Shown here piece by piece: positions 19,667 to 31,191 of a stretch of 64,000 bases of DNA; position 1 is the stretch's first letter, and every line of letters begins with the position of its first letter. The position numbers and the translations under genes are program-made. The stretch comes from Armatimonadota bacterium (GTDB lineage: Bacteria > Armatimonadota > UBA5829 > DTJY01), in the NCBI GenBank assembly GCA_963663705.1, contig OY760504.1, positions 2,711,217 to 2,775,216 on the forward strand, read 5' to 3'. The notes under the pieces were generated by a model. The model ran no database searches. It was given only the letters and a program-made list of their open reading frames with translations, and was not told the DNA's origin.

Positions 19667-20506
19667 ATGCGATATGCGATGATGTCTTACACAATGGCTA
19701 TTGGAGACTGGGGTAAAGATTGCGACGTTGCCGAACTGTGTCACATAACCTCAACGATGGGCATTGAAGGAATTGATTGGGTTACGACTTACGGTGTCTC
19801 CCCGCGAGAAGTGAAGATCCTCATGGATGATCATGGCCTGAAAACGGTCTGCTACACCTTCGATGTTGATGTGAACTTTCCCGAGAGGAGTGCACGACAG
19901 GCTGGTGTGGATGATATCAAACGTGGAATAGACACGGCGCTGATTCTGGGTACGGACAGGGTGATGCTGCCTTTTCCCGGCAAAGATGCGTTCTCCCGCG
20001 AGGAAAGCCGTGCGAATATCATTGCAGGGCTCAGCGATGCGATGGATTATGCCAAATCGTGCGGTGTAATGATAAGCACGGAGCACTTCTCAACGCCTAA
20101 TGCCCCATTCATAGTCTCGGCGGATATGAACGCCGCCATCCGCGAACTCCCCGACCTCAAGGTGACATTTGACAGTGGAAATGTCCTCATCGGTGGAGAG
20201 AACCCTGTTGATGGATTCCTCCGCAGCAAAGAGTCCATTGTGCATGTTCATTTCAAAGATTTCGCAGAGAACGGATGTCGCTTTACCGGGCTTGATGGGA
20301 GATTGTATGACGCTGCGCTGATAGGGGAAGGCATTGTCGATTACCCGCCGCTTGTTGCAGCCATGATAGACGCCGGATATGACGGCTGGATCAATATAGA
20401 GTACGAAAGCGGTGAATATCCCGCAGACAAGGCTGTGCGTAAAGCCATAGATTACCTGAAATCCATAGAAGACCGGCTCATGGAACCAGCTGGGAGCAAG
20501 CTATGA
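19667..20506 (+). CDS. Sugar phosphate isomerase/epimerase (xylose-isomerase-like TIM barrel)
   Basis: TIM-barrel family pattern. RBS GGAGGA before the ATG at 19667. The longer ORF start at 19589 lies upstream of the predicted -10. Confidence 0.65.
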   Translation: MRYAMMSYTMAIGDWGKDCDVAELCHITSTMGIEGIDWVTTYGVSPREVKILMDDHGLKTVCYTFDVDVNFPERSARQAGVDDIKRGIDTALILGTDRVMLPFPGKDAFSREESRANIIAGLSDAMDYAKSCGVMISTEHFSTPNAPFIVSADMNAAIRELPDLKVTFDSGNVLIGGENPVDGFLRSKESIVHVHFKDFAENGCRFTGLDGRLYDAALIGEGIVDYPPLVAAMIDAGYDGWINIEYESGEYPADKAVRKAIDYLKSIEDRLMEPAGSKL

Positions 20507-21654
20507 ATCGAAAGATCAGAATGGGTATGGTAGGCGGCGGAGTAGGTGCATTCATCGGTGGTGCACACCGCATGGCTGCGCAATTGGATGGACAGATAGA
20601 ACTGGTCTGCGGCGCGTTCAGCTCCGATCGCGATAAGTCGATGGCGAGCGGGCGTGCTTTGTATCTGCCTGATGACAGAATTTACGGTAGCTATCAGGAT
20701 ATGTTTGCGAAGGAATCAGCCCTGCCATCGAGTAAGCGGATGGATTTCGTCTCGATAGTCACTCCGAACCACATGCATTATCCGGTGGCAATGGCAGCCC
20801 TCGATGCAGGGTTTCCTGTGGTATGCGACAAGCCGATGACGCTGACTCTTGATGAGGCCAAAGCCCTCGCGAAAAAGGTTGAAGAGACAGGGCTCCTGTT
20901 CTGCCTCACCCATAATTATACGGGTTATCCTATGGTTAAAGAAGCTCGTGATCTGGTTAACGGCGGCGCATTAGGTGCAGTACGGCGCGTGGTGGTCGAG
21001 TACCCGCAGGGCTGGATGGCGACTTCCCTTGAATCGACTGGTCAGAAACAGGCAGATTGGAGAACCGACCCTGCACGTGCAGGCGCAAGCTTCACTATGG
21101 GCGATATAGGCAGCCACTGCGCAAATCTTGCCGAGTACATCACCGGTCTTGAGATTGAGCAGGTTTGCGCTGATCTCACATCGTTCGTGCCCGGCCGTGC
21201 GCTCGACGACGACGGCAGCGTGCTCCTTCGCCTGAGCGGTGGTGCAAAAGGCGTACTCTGGGCGAGCGATATTGCCGTTGGTGAAGAGAACGACCTGAAC
21301 ATCCGCGTCTACGCAGAAAAAGGCGCGATCGAGTGGCACCAGCATGATCCCAACACCCTCATCGTTCACTGGCTAGACAAGCCAAGTGAGATTCGGCGAA
21401 CATCCACCGGCTTCGTAGGCGCAAACGCAGCCTCGAACACGCGCCTTCCTGCCGGACATGTGGAAGGCTTCCTGGAAGCGTTCGGAAACATCTACAAAAA
21501 CTTCGCCGACACACTGACCAAGCGGCTTGAAGGCGATACATCCGCAACCGGCGACTTCCCCACTGTAGATGATGGCGTCCGTGGGATGGCCTTTATTCAA
21601 TCAGTGGTAGAGAGTTCGGCATCTAATCAAAAATGGATAAATATCAAAGCTTAA
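20503..21654 (+). CDS. Gfo/Idh/MocA family oxidoreductase
   Basis: [17 protein letters not shown] Rossmann N-terminus; CDKP motif; ATGA overlap with the upstream gene. Confidence 0.8.
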   Translation: MNRKIRMGMVGGGVGAFIGGAHRMAAQLDGQIELVCGAFSSDRDKSMASGRALYLPDDRIYGSYQDMFAKESALPSSKRMDFVSIVTPNHMHYPVAMAALDAGFPVVCDKPMTLTLDEAKALAKKVEETGLLFCLTHNYTGYPMVKEARDLVNGGALGAVRRVVVEYPQGWMATSLESTGQKQADWRTDPARAGASFTMGDIGSHCANLAEYITGLEIEQVCADLTSFVPGRALDDDGSVLLRLSGGAKGVLWASDIAVGEENDLNIRVYAEKGAIEWHQHDPNTLIVHWLDKPSEIRRTSTGFVGANAASNTRLPAGHVEGFLEAFGNIYKNFADTLTKRLEGDTSATGDFPTVDDGVRGMAFIQSVVESSASNQKWINIKA

Positions 21655-21665
21655 GGGGAATTGAA

Positions 21666-22661
21666 ATGAGCGCAAGATTAGTTACACTATTCACCGGACA
21701 ATTTGCAGATATACCGCTCGAGGAACTTGCAAAAAAGGCCTCTGGTTGGGGATTCGACGGGCTGGAACTGGCCTGCTGGGGTGATCACCTTGATGTCTTC
21801 CGAGCGGCAAGCGATAAGGACTATGCACAGGGACAGGTTGACCTCCTCGCTAAGCATGGGCTGAAGGTCAGGTCCATAAGCAACCATCTGGCAGGGCAGC
21901 TTATATGCGATTTGAACAACGACGCTCGATCAGACGCGTTTGCCCCCGCAGAGTACGCAGGCGATCCTGATGCAAAGCGTGCATGGGCTATCGAAAGCAT
22001 GAAATGCGCCGCCCGCGCAGCAAAGAATATGGGCGTCAAAGTGGTAAACGGCTTCACTGGATCATCCATCTGGCACCTCATCTACAGTTTTCCGCCAGTA
22101 AGCGAGGAGATGATACAGTCAGGTTTCGCCGACTTTGCAGCCAAGTGGAACCCGATTCTAGATGTATTCGATGAGTGTGGGGTCAAGTTTGCGCTTGAGG
22201 TACATCCTACAGAGATAGCGTTTGATATAGTTACCGCCAGGCGTGCACTGGCAGCAGTAGGGAACAGGGAAGCGTTCGGCTTCAACTTCGACCCAAGCCA
22301 TCTGCACTGGCAGATGGTCGATCCTGTAAAGTTCATACAGGCGTTTTCCGATCGTATATATCATGTGCATATGAAGGACGCAGCGCTTACTTTGGATGGA
22401 GAGGCCGGGATACTGGCGTCATACATGAACTTCGGCACGCCAGGCAGAGGCTGGGATTTCAGGAGCGTCGGGCGCGGTGAGGTCGACTTCGAATCGATCA
22501 TACGGGCGCTGAACGTCATAGGGTACGATGGTCCGCTGTCTGTTGAGTGGGAAGATGCTATGATGGACAGGGAGTTCGGCGCTGCCGAATCATGCCGTTT
22601 TACCAAGGACATCGACTTCCCGAAGTCTGACCGGGTATTTGACGAAGCCTTCGGTAAATAG
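21666..22661 (+). CDS. Sugar phosphate isomerase/epimerase (xylose-isomerase-like TIM barrel)
   Basis: RBS AAGGGG, then ATG at 21666. Family-typical His/Glu/Asp distribution (HVHMKD ; EWED). Confidence 0.65.
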   Translation: MSARLVTLFTGQFADIPLEELAKKASGWGFDGLELACWGDHLDVFRAASDKDYAQGQVDLLAKHGLKVRSISNHLAGQLICDLNNDARSDAFAPAEYAGDPDAKRAWAIESMKCAARAAKNMGVKVVNGFTGSSIWHLIYSFPPVSEEMIQSGFADFAAKWNPILDVFDECGVKFALEVHPTEIAFDIVTARRALAAVGNREAFGFNFDPSHLHWQMVDPVKFIQAFSDRIYHVHMKDAALTLDGEAGILASYMNFGTPGRGWDFRSVGRGEVDFESIIRALNVIGYDGPLSVEWEDAMMDREFGAAESCRFTKDIDFPKSDRVFDEAFGK

Positions 22662-22686
22662 GTTATCTAGCGCAGGAGAAGTTTAT

Positions 22687-23439
22687 ATGAAACCAATAGC
22701 AGTTCAATTGTATACCCTTCGTGCCGAAGCAGAGAAGGATTTCCCCGGCGTGCTTCGCAGGGTAGCGGATATCGGTTACAACGGCGTCGAAACAGCCGGA
22801 TTGCATGGCCATGATCCCAAAGAAATCGCCAAACTAATCAGCGATTTAGGGATGGTGGTGTGCAGTAGTCATACCGACCTTCCGAATCCAGACAACATAG
22901 GCGATATCGTGGAGACGGCACAGACCCTTGGTAACACAAGAATCGTAAGCGGTTTCGGCCCTGACGACTTTACGACACCGGATTCATGCAAGGAGATCGC
23001 AGCCAGATTCAGCCTTGCCGCCGAACTCCTCAAACCGTACGGCATGAGCTTTGGCTTCCATAATCACTGGTGGGAGTTCAGGTCCTTCGAAGGCAAATAC
23101 GCATACGACATCCTTATGGCCGAAGCCCCGAATGTGTTCAGCGAACTTGATGTATACTGGACGGCTTTCGCAAAAGCGGACCCGGTGAAGGTCGTCGCTA
23201 AGTATAAGTCCAGAATACCGCTTCTGCACCTTAAGGATGGCACGCTTCAGGAAGGTGTCCCCATGACGGCGGTCGGATCGGGAGTGGTTCCTATTCCCGA
23301 GATCGTAAATGCAGCCGATCCTGAATCACTCGAATGGTTGATAGTAGAGCTTGATGAATGTGCAAGCGACATGTTTGAAGCCGTTGAACAGAGCTACAAA
23401 TATCTTACTTCACAGAGGCTTGCATCAGGCATCAAATAG
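22687..23439 (+). CDS. Sugar phosphate isomerase/epimerase (xylose-isomerase-like TIM barrel)
   Basis: MKPIAVQLYTLRAE N-terminus typical of this family; RBS AGGAGAAG. Confidence 0.65.
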   Translation: MKPIAVQLYTLRAEAEKDFPGVLRRVADIGYNGVETAGLHGHDPKEIAKLISDLGMVVCSSHTDLPNPDNIGDIVETAQTLGNTRIVSGFGPDDFTTPDSCKEIAARFSLAAELLKPYGMSFGFHNHWWEFRSFEGKYAYDILMAEAPNVFSELDVYWTAFAKADPVKVVAKYKSRIPLLHLKDGTLQEGVPMTAVGSGVVPIPEIVNAADPESLEWLIVELDECASDMFEAVEQSYKYLTSQRLASGIK

Positions 23440-23538
23440 TACCAAATGGTAGCCCTGTATCGGCAGATTCACTCGATCAATGGCGCTCGTTTCGTTTCTG
23501 CCGATAAGGAAGCTATCTTAATGCAAACGGAGGTAATT

Positions 23539-24597
23539 ATGGCAGGGAAGTACAGATTTTCATTCGGACCTTGGAATATACATGAGGGGGCAGACCCATT
23601 CGGCCCTATGGTAAGGAGCCAGTTCTCGTTCAAAGAGAAGCTGGAATTTGCGGTAAAAGAAGGGTTTCAGGGCATCCAGTTCCACGACGACGATGCAGTT
23701 GATATAACACTCCCTATCGCAGAGCAGGACAAAAAGCTCGCGGAATTGAAGTCGATGCTGGACGGAATGGGGCTTGAGGCAGAGTTCCTTGCACCGAGAC
23801 TGTGGGAGCATCCGATGACAATCGACGGCGGCTGGACCTCAAACAGCGCCGCATGCAGACAGTATGCATACGATAGATCAAAGAGAACCGTCGATATCGC
23901 GAATGCGCTAGGCACAAAGCGGATAGTTCTTTGGCCGGCTAGAGAAGGCACATATATCCGCGAAGCCAAAGACCCAAAAGTAGCAATCGACAGATTTGTA
24001 GATTACATCAACATGCTCCTCGAGTATGACAAAGAGATAAAGGTCCTTGGTGAGATGAAACCGAACGAGCCCATGGACTCGACTTTCTGCCCGACGACCG
24101 GCCACTTCCTTGCGATCGGGTCAAGAACCATCGATCCTGAAAGGGTGGGGATTCTGATCGAGAGCGCGCATGCAATCCTCGCAAACCTCGAGCCGTCGGA
24201 AGAGATGGGATTTGCACTCTCCTTTGGCAAGCTATGGGGCGTTCACCTAAACGATCAGAACGGTCTCAAGTTCGACGAGGACAAGACCTTCGGCAGCGTG
24301 AACCTCGGTCGAGCGTTTTCTCAGGTATACATCCTCGATAAATACGGCTATGGACAGAACGGTGAATACGTAGGCCTCGACATCAAGGTGCTCAGAACAC
24401 AGGCGAAGGAAGTCTCAATGAAGCATCTCTCGAACAGCAAGAAGATATTCGAGATGCTTGTGGAGAAGGTTCATGCCTGCGATCACAATCTGATCGAGGA
24501 ACTTCGTGCGCAGCGTGACTACGAAGAGCTTAGTCTGTACATCACAAATATCCTGCTTGGGGCGGGGCCGGCCAATGCAGTTTTGCCGAAAGCATAG
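23539..24597 (+). CDS. xylA: Xylose isomerase, class I (short) type
   Basis: RFSFGPWNI...DPFG...IQFHDDD matches the class I XylA N-terminus RFTFGLWTV...DPFG...VTFHDDD. A catalytic KPNEP block (EMKPNEPMD) and an HLNDQNGLKFDEDKTFG metal-binding block are present; about 353 aa. Confidence 0.75.
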   Translation: MAGKYRFSFGPWNIHEGADPFGPMVRSQFSFKEKLEFAVKEGFQGIQFHDDDAVDITLPIAEQDKKLAELKSMLDGMGLEAEFLAPRLWEHPMTIDGGWTSNSAACRQYAYDRSKRTVDIANALGTKRIVLWPAREGTYIREAKDPKVAIDRFVDYINMLLEYDKEIKVLGEMKPNEPMDSTFCPTTGHFLAIGSRTIDPERVGILIESAHAILANLEPSEEMGFALSFGKLWGVHLNDQNGLKFDEDKTFGSVNLGRAFSQVYILDKYGYGQNGEYVGLDIKVLRTQAKEVSMKHLSNSKKIFEMLVEKVHACDHNLIEELRAQRDYEELSLYITNILLGAGPANAVLPKA

Positions 24598-24629
24598 TTC
24601 CCTCTGTAAAGTAGTTGGAGTCCAAAAAC

Positions 24630-24870
24630 ATTGATGCGTATGTCCTTCCCACCAGGCTCAAGCAGAGGAAGGCCGCAAGAAATACGGGGCTTCGCAAAGA
24701 GACTGTAGAGCCGGTCTTCGGGATAAAGGAATGCCGTGGTTTCCGCCGGCTTTTCGATGCGCGGAGTAGAGAAGTGTGAGAGGGAATGGAGTCTTGTCTG
24801 TACCGCGCACAATTTGCTGAAGTTGTTCCGCCATGGCGCCGCAGACAGGTTGAAGGCGGCAACGTCATGT
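24630..24870 (+). pseudogene. C-terminal remnant of an IS1182/IS5-like transposase (frameshifted)
   Basis: Frames encode KETVEPVFGIKECRGFRRLF and then, after a frame change, GVEKCEREWSLVCTAHNLLKL. This is the conserved C-terminal signature of IS1182-type transposases. No N-terminal part is present. Confidence 0.45.
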
Positions 24871-26385
24871 GGAAAACCAGCAAATATGATGCAATATCAA
24901 GCCTGCACCGCCTGATATTGCGTCTGCAGCAGACAAATTCACGCAGATTCGGACGATAGTCTCATGTTGGGCCTATCAAAAAAGAATCGGAATCTGTTCG
25001 GCTAGAGTATGGGAGGTATAGTATGAGGAACTCCGCCAATACTCGGACAGCCTCCTAGGGATACCACTGGAATCAATCCGGAATGCGTTACTACCGATGG
25101 GCTGGAATCATACCGCAGGGTGAAATGCCGAACATCGAACCAGCAAGTACATGGAACCATCGAATTGAACAGGATCACGAGGTATTAAATCATGCTATAA
25201 GCCTATGCTTGGTTTTAAGTCGTTCGTGTCTGCAGCCATATTTCGTCCGGCATATGATGTAGTACGTCAGTATTTTTCAACGTCTGTTTAAACGCAAGTC
25301 CTGCCGCCACACCGGCGCAATGGATATACGGAATCGGAATACACGTGTAACAAAAAAGTGAAAGGCCCATGTGCTTATTGATCCACACGGGGATGGGGGA
25401 TTATTTCGCCCCCAGCCCTCTGCGATCCGCCTGAGTGTCTCGTTAAGAGATGCAGTGTTCCACGAAGTATCCTCGAAACACCTATTCGTTGAAAACGCAA
25501 AGGGAAATGTCAGTAAGTGATCTGTTGTTGATGTGAAACTGTGCAAGAGCCCTGAATGAAGATCGGGTGATGCATCCCGGGCTACGGATTAAAGTGTACA
25601 AATCAAGGCGTGTTATTCTATGTCTAGCCTTGTTCGTTTGGTACTATTCATACTCTTCATCAAGTCTGTCCAGATAGTTGTTAAGGATTTGATCGTAGCA
25701 ATTATCAATTACTTCCTCGATACTTGCGAGTCTGCAATCAGCGCAGATCAAGCGGGTAATATGTGGAGGAGCTGACCCTTCATCCAAGAGTCTCCCCCTG
25801 ATATTTGTCGGTACTTGGCGCGGGGCTGATGCACGGACACATGGTGCCACGATTCGCTTTTGGGAAAGCTATTGGGCAATCGGTTGGCATAATCTTTATC
25901 TAGTAACAGGTAATATAGATTATTATTACTGCTTTTACAATACCCTTATGGCTTGTCTGAATTTGATTGATATTCAATCGGGGCGGGTGTATTTCTGCTA
26001 TACTCCAGAACCTGTAATTTATGACAATAGCCATCGTCAGGTAGCCGGTGAAACACATTTGCAGATTGCCGGCCCCGGATCGGGATTCGAGGCCGGCTGT
26101 GAGACGCATGAGGTCACAAAGCTTCTGGTGGATACAGTGTTATATAATGCCTACCTGTTTTGCGATAATGGGCACTGTAAAGGCTTGAATATCGAATGCG
26201 TAGAAGAAGGCGATTGTGTGAGTGTACGGCCGTTAAGCAAATTGCTCTCCAGTCTATTTATCAACAATTCATGCTTGGGTTATTCTTTGAATCTTGATGC
26301 TTGGGCAGGGAAAACGGTAATTTGGCATGGTTTGCCGGATCAGGATTAAGCAGGCTGGAGACAGATTGTGCTAATGTGTTTCGCG

Positions 26386-27984
26386 CTATAAACTCAGGAC
26401 ATGGCTTCTTGCGGCGTCTAGCCATTCTTCTGTTTTTGGAAAGTCATCATAGCCTTTAAGCGCAGAAAACAGATTGTCATCACGAGCAATCCCTGCCGTT
26501 TGCAGTAGAGAGTAGTCCTGCAAAGATTCGGCAAATATTTCCCATCGAATAGAGTCGATGGGACCATGCTCACCCGGATAGACCACGAATGTGTCTCCAT
26601 AAGGCCATTCGGGCCACGCCTGTCCTGATTGCTCCATAAACGGATCAATCAAACAATTTGCACCCCGCTTATACCAATAGTTATACCCCCAGTGTAAAAA
26701 ACCTTTGGCGCCCAGATGGTAGAATAACCATCCAGACATTCGTATTTTAGCCAGAGAAGTATCCATGAGGCGGTTCAGATAATTCCCCCGCGGCCCGCAG
26801 CAAAAGTAAGTCCAGGCTGGAATGCCCGCGTCTGCATAGTATCGAGCCGATTCTATGCTGGGGATAGGTATGTCAGTTAGTCCTTCTCTGCCGTAATTGA
26901 TATCGCTTAATGCATCTGCAATTTTCATCCAAGGCGCAAGTTCCTTCAGGATATTGCGTGCTTCTTTATAGTTTTGCAGATCATCTTTGCCCGGTTCATC
27001 GGAGAGATGGAAGAATGATTGTTCCACCAGGCGGTTAGATTGCAGAAATCTGTGAAACTCCGGTAGAAACTGAGCAAGAAATTTGCGGTAGGTTTCCGAG
27101 TTGGCTTCTGTTTCCGGTGGCCAGATCAGTGAATTGATATCCTGATTGTTGCGGTAGATACGTATACCGTACCGTGCGCCCCATTGCGAGAAGAGATGTG
27201 TCCATTCGAAGTATTTCGCTCCATGCTTTTTTGCCAACTGCACCCACCGCTGTACATCGCTGAAATCAAATAAATACTTGTCTGGTCCAGTGGTAGTAAC
27301 TCTGAGCAATTGTGTCGGACGTTTCACCCCGTCGGTGGGAGGCGTGAACAAGGGTACGTACAGGCAGTTGTTTCCATGCTCAACCAGATTTTTTAGATAT
27401 TGCTCAGCGATAGCCCAGAATCTTTCATCAAATGGCTCTGCGCTATACCAGTCGCAAATGGCATCTGCGTATATCCAATGAGTTACTGGAAAGTTATGGC
27501 TGGGCTGAGATGTGAACGGATATACAGTTATGTTAGCTGTTAATGTACATTCTACAGTGTCTCCATCGATAAATTGAATATTAAGCGTACGAATCCCGGG
27601 TTGCAAATTAGGAGGTATAGATACCGTAATCCAGAATGCATGAGATTCAAATGGGCCAAGAGTTGCAGTTTCTTCTGGAAACAAGGGGTCTGGCACGTAG
27701 CCTGGTATATGTCCAACCCCGTCAAGTTCCGATTCATTGGTATCCGTATTGTGGTGGCGTACCAGCACATAGCCTACTCGCCTAACCTGAATTCCCAAAT
27801 CTTTCGGTCCTGATACTGATATCCGTGTATTAATCTGCACTGGCGTTAGATTGCGCAGGCATGCTTGAAACGATATCCGTTCGTTGCCTGCTCCATGGAT
27901 GCAAATGTTTTTTTTGTTGGATGCAGGGGAGTTTGGAAAAACTCGCATCAACGAACTTTGTAACCAATAAACTATATTATCCAT
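26386..27984 (-). CDS. Putative glycoside hydrolase, DUF4091 / GH123-like
   Basis: 532 aa with an N-terminal beta-sandwich and a TIM-barrel-like region containing a HLSDEP block. GC and codon usage are visibly lower than in neighbouring genes. Confidence 0.4.
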   Translation of the reverse strand: MDNIVYWLQSSLMRVFPNSPASNKKNICIHGAGNERISFQACLRNLTPVQINTRISVSGPKDLGIQVRRVGYVLVRHHNTDTNESELDGVGHIPGYVPDPLFPEETATLGPFESHAFWITVSIPPNLQPGIRTLNIQFIDGDTVECTLTANITVYPFTSQPSHNFPVTHWIYADAICDWYSAEPFDERFWAIAEQYLKNLVEHGNNCLYVPLFTPPTDGVKRPTQLLRVTTTGPDKYLFDFSDVQRWVQLAKKHGAKYFEWTHLFSQWGARYGIRIYRNNQDINSLIWPPETEANSETYRKFLAQFLPEFHRFLQSNRLVEQSFFHLSDEPGKDDLQNYKEARNILKELAPWMKIADALSDINYGREGLTDIPIPSIESARYYADAGIPAWTYFCCGPRGNYLNRLMDTSLAKIRMSGWLFYHLGAKGFLHWGYNYWYKRGANCLIDPFMEQSGQAWPEWPYGDTFVVYPGEHGPIDSIRWEIFAESLQDYSLLQTAGIARDDNLFSALKGYDDFPKTEEWLDAARSHVLSL

Positions 27985-28575
27985 TATATTATTCCTTGAT
28001 GCGTGTGCAGGGTGATAAACTATGATATATCGGATTGAGGCGTTTGAGCGTCACAAAATTTCGCATGGAATTTGCACGAACATGCGGAAGCGTGTAAGCT
28101 CCCTCATGTTCGATTTGTAATCATAATTTGCTATGTATGCCAGGCGTCAATTATTAATCTATCGATGCCTTCTAAGGAACATTAGCCCTGGCTTAACGCT
28201 GCTTATTAACCCGTCGAGCATTACTATACTTAGTCCCGAGGGCTCAGGTACGGGTGCTGCCGGTGATATGGCGATAAAGGTAGGCGCACCCACCGGATGA
28301 TCTGCTATTGCGGTAATTATATACCATGGCAACAGGATATTGTCAAGTAATAATGCAATAAATTGTTACTGTCCAGCGACTTTGTCCCGGTTAATTGTCC
28401 AGCGATTATGTCCCATCCAGATACCGTGAAAAATCAAAAACAATGGTGAAATTCTCCATTCACACGGTGTGCTGAAGATGGTAAACTTTGCTCATGATAC
28501 AGCCTCGATGTGATGAGTGCTTATCTGCAAGCGGGTTTTGCGGTGATATTTCGTCAAAGAACGAGGAGGACTAAG

Positions 28576-29187
28576 GTGAAGAGCAGGAGAGGTTTTACGC
28601 TGATCGAACTCCTAGTCGTCATAGCTATAATAGCTATTCTGGCGGCGATATTGTTCCCGGTTTTCGCCAAAGCACGCGAGAAGGCTCGGCAGGTCACCTG
28701 CCTGAGCAATCTGAAGCAGATCGGCACTGCAACGATGATGTATGTGCAGGACTACGATGAGCACTTTCCTCTCTTTGGCGGAGCAATCCGTTTCCCCGGT
28801 ACGATAAGCTGGGCTACGGCGATCTCACCGTATGTTAAGAACACACAGGTCTTTCACTGCCCGAGCGATAATCTGCCTGGTTCTACCTGTACTTATGGCA
28901 ACAACTACCAGCTAGCCGCATACACCTATCCGGAACGGTCGGTAGGGTCGATAATGCGCCCATCTTCGGTGATACTCTGGTACGAGAGCAACTACACGGA
29001 TACGAACTACCGGAAAATCGAGCAGAACGATTGGTCCGAAGGGTTCGGATTCGTCAATGGAAATGCCCATGCGAACGGCGCGAACTTCTGTTTTGCAGAC
29101 GGACACGCGAAATGGTATCCGGCAAAGACCGAGGCCGCCTGGACGCAGAACGGCATAAGCTTCAACCCGGATAACGATAGCATTTAG
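28576..29187 (+). CDS. DUF1559 / H-X9-DG prepilin-type N-terminal domain protein
   Basis: GTG start after RBS AGGAGGA; [36 protein letters not shown]; C-terminal FADGHAKWY. Confidence 0.85.
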   Translation: MKSRRGFTLIELLVVIAIIAILAAILFPVFAKAREKARQVTCLSNLKQIGTATMMYVQDYDEHFPLFGGAIRFPGTISWATAISPYVKNTQVFHCPSDNLPGSTCTYGNNYQLAAYTYPERSVGSIMRPSSVILWYESNYTDTNYRKIEQNDWSEGFGFVNGNAHANGANFCFADGHAKWYPAKTEAAWTQNGISFNPDNDSI

Positions 29188-29335
29188 CCATTAGCGTTTA
29201 TCCGTTCACGGCCTGCCCGGCAGGTCATGAACGGATAATAAAGTCCCGGGACAAAGGCAAGCCGCCGGGGTATTCGGCCGGCGAGGTAATGAAGCAAGAC
29301 GTAGTGATGCTACGAACAAAACGAGGAGGATTATT

Positions 29336-29947
29336 ATGAGGAATAGGAAAGGTTTCACGCTGATCGAGCTCTTAGTAGTAATAGCCATAATAGCGATACT
29401 GGCGGCTATACTCTTCCCGGTCTTCGCGAAGGCTAGGGAGAAGGCCCGACAGACCGCTTGTGCGAGCAATCTGAAGCAGATCGCCACCGCTACGCTGATG
29501 TACGTGCAGGACTACGACGAGTCTTTCCCCCTGTTCGGTGCAGGGAATCGCTTCCCGACGACAATAAGCTGGGCTATGGCAGTCTCGCCTTATGTTAAGA
29601 ACAGACAGGTATTTAGATGTCCGAGCGACGGGCGCAGTGGTATTACATGCAGCTATGGCAATAATTACAATCTAGCGCCGTACAACTTGTCGGCTCGGAT
29701 GCTCGGTTCGGTGCTGCGTCCGTCTTCCATAATACTCTGGTACGAGAGCAACTTCTGGAATTCGGATTACTGGCTGATCGAGCAGCATGACTGGGCGAAT
29801 GATTTCTCGACCGTCAATACAACGATCCATTCGGACGGTGCGAACTTCGCTTTTGTCGACGGGCATGTGAAGTGGTATCGCGTCGGCAGAACCGGCGATT
29901 GGACGCAGAACGGCATCAGCTACAATCCCGACAACGACAGTCTCTAG
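29336..29947 (+). CDS. DUF1559 / H-X9-DG prepilin-type N-terminal domain protein (tandem paralog)
   Basis: [39 protein letters not shown]; C-terminal FVDGHVKWY. High similarity to 28576..29187. Confidence 0.85.
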   Translation: MRNRKGFTLIELLVVIAIIAILAAILFPVFAKAREKARQTACASNLKQIATATLMYVQDYDESFPLFGAGNRFPTTISWAMAVSPYVKNRQVFRCPSDGRSGITCSYGNNYNLAPYNLSARMLGSVLRPSSIILWYESNFWNSDYWLIEQHDWANDFSTVNTTIHSDGANFAFVDGHVKWYRVGRTGDWTQNGISYNPDNDSL

Positions 29948-30096
29948 TTTAGCAACTGTGGAGTATATCTGCCGGTGTCGGTTGGCGGATATACTCCACC
30001 ACCGAGTCACTTTGGCCAAAGTGCAGAAGATCGTATCGAAGAAACGGCAGCCATCATCTGAGATGCAAAGAGTTCTAAGGTAAACGGAGGATAAAA

Positions 30097-31167
30097 ATGA
30101 AGGAAATCAGAGTGGGCATTCTGGGACAGGGGCGTAGCGGCTATGGAATTCATGCCTGCGCTATTGCAAAACTTCCGGAGTGCTATGAGATCGTGGCCGT
30201 GGCGGATGCGATTCCCGAGCGGCGTGACAGGGCCAGGGCTGAGTTCGGATGCGACGTGTACGGCAAGCCGGAGGAACTGCTCGTTCGGAGCGATATAGAC
30301 CTGATCGTGAACGCTACGCCGAGCCAGATGCATGTTCCGCTATCGAAGAAGTTCCTCGATAACGGGTTTCATGTGCTCTGCGAGAAGCCGCTTACGGCCT
30401 GTCTTGCGGATGCCGAGAGTTTGGTCGCTAAGGGGCGGGAGAAGGGTAAGCTGCTCGCGGTGTTCCACCAGCACCGTTTCTCTCCGTACTTCCGGCAGAT
30501 GAAGAAGGTTATCGATTCTGGCGTGCTGGGTCGGGTGGTTATGTTCAAGGTTTACGAGACCTCGTTTGCGCGCCGGTGGGACTGGCAAACGCTTCGCGAG
30601 TTCAACGGCGGGAGTCTGCTGAATAACGGCGTGCACCTGCTCGATATGGCTCTGCAGATCTACGGGTCGAGCGATATGCCGATGGTGAAGTGCTGTATGG
30701 ATAGCGCCAACTCGTTCGGCGACGCCGAGGACCACGTGAAAGTGCTCCTGCAGCGCGAGAACCGTCCGGTCATCGACCTGGAGGTCTCGTCGTGCTGCGC
30801 GTACCCCGGCAGCACGTTCCAGATATACGCAACCTGCGGCGGACTCACCGGAAGCGATGAGCATATGGAGTGGAAGTACTTTAAGCCAGAGGAGGCGCCT
30901 GAGCAGAGGATTATCAAAACCGCCATGGATGGTTACTGCTCCGAAGATCTCAAATGGTACGAAGAGTCCTGGGATCTTCCCGCTGAGCAGGGAGACTGGG
31001 ACACGTCGATGAAGGTGGCATACTACGAGAACCTATACCGCGCCATTACAGAGGGGACTCCGCTCGAGGTGAAGCCCGAGCAGGTTCTCCAGCAAGTCGC
31101 CGCTCTTGAGGAGTGCTTAGCCCAGAACGGCGTGCGCTGCCTTGCATGTGCGGGAACTAACATCTGA
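30097..31167 (+). CDS. Gfo/Idh/MocA family oxidoreductase
   Basis: VGILGQGRSG Rossmann N-terminus; CEKP motif. Confidence 0.8.
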   Translation: MKEIRVGILGQGRSGYGIHACAIAKLPECYEIVAVADAIPERRDRARAEFGCDVYGKPEELLVRSDIDLIVNATPSQMHVPLSKKFLDNGFHVLCEKPLTACLADAESLVAKGREKGKLLAVFHQHRFSPYFRQMKKVIDSGVLGRVVMFKVYETSFARRWDWQTLREFNGGSLLNNGVHLLDMALQIYGSSDMPMVKCCMDSANSFGDAEDHVKVLLQRENRPVIDLEVSSCCAYPGSTFQIYATCGGLTGSDEHMEWKYFKPEEAPEQRIIKTAMDGYCSEDLKWYEESWDLPAEQGDWDTSMKVAYYENLYRAITEGTPLEVKPEQVLQQVAALEECLAQNGVRCLACAGTNI

Positions 31168-31191
31168 TTATAGATTCGGAGGAATAAGAAG

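Noticed and set aside
25948-26349. Cys-rich 133-aa ORF and a 68-aa ORF (25644..25850) in the low-GC gap
   Set aside because: There is no RBS or family signature, the region has atypical composition, and they could be chance ORFs. They are left unannotated; they might deserve a look with expression data.
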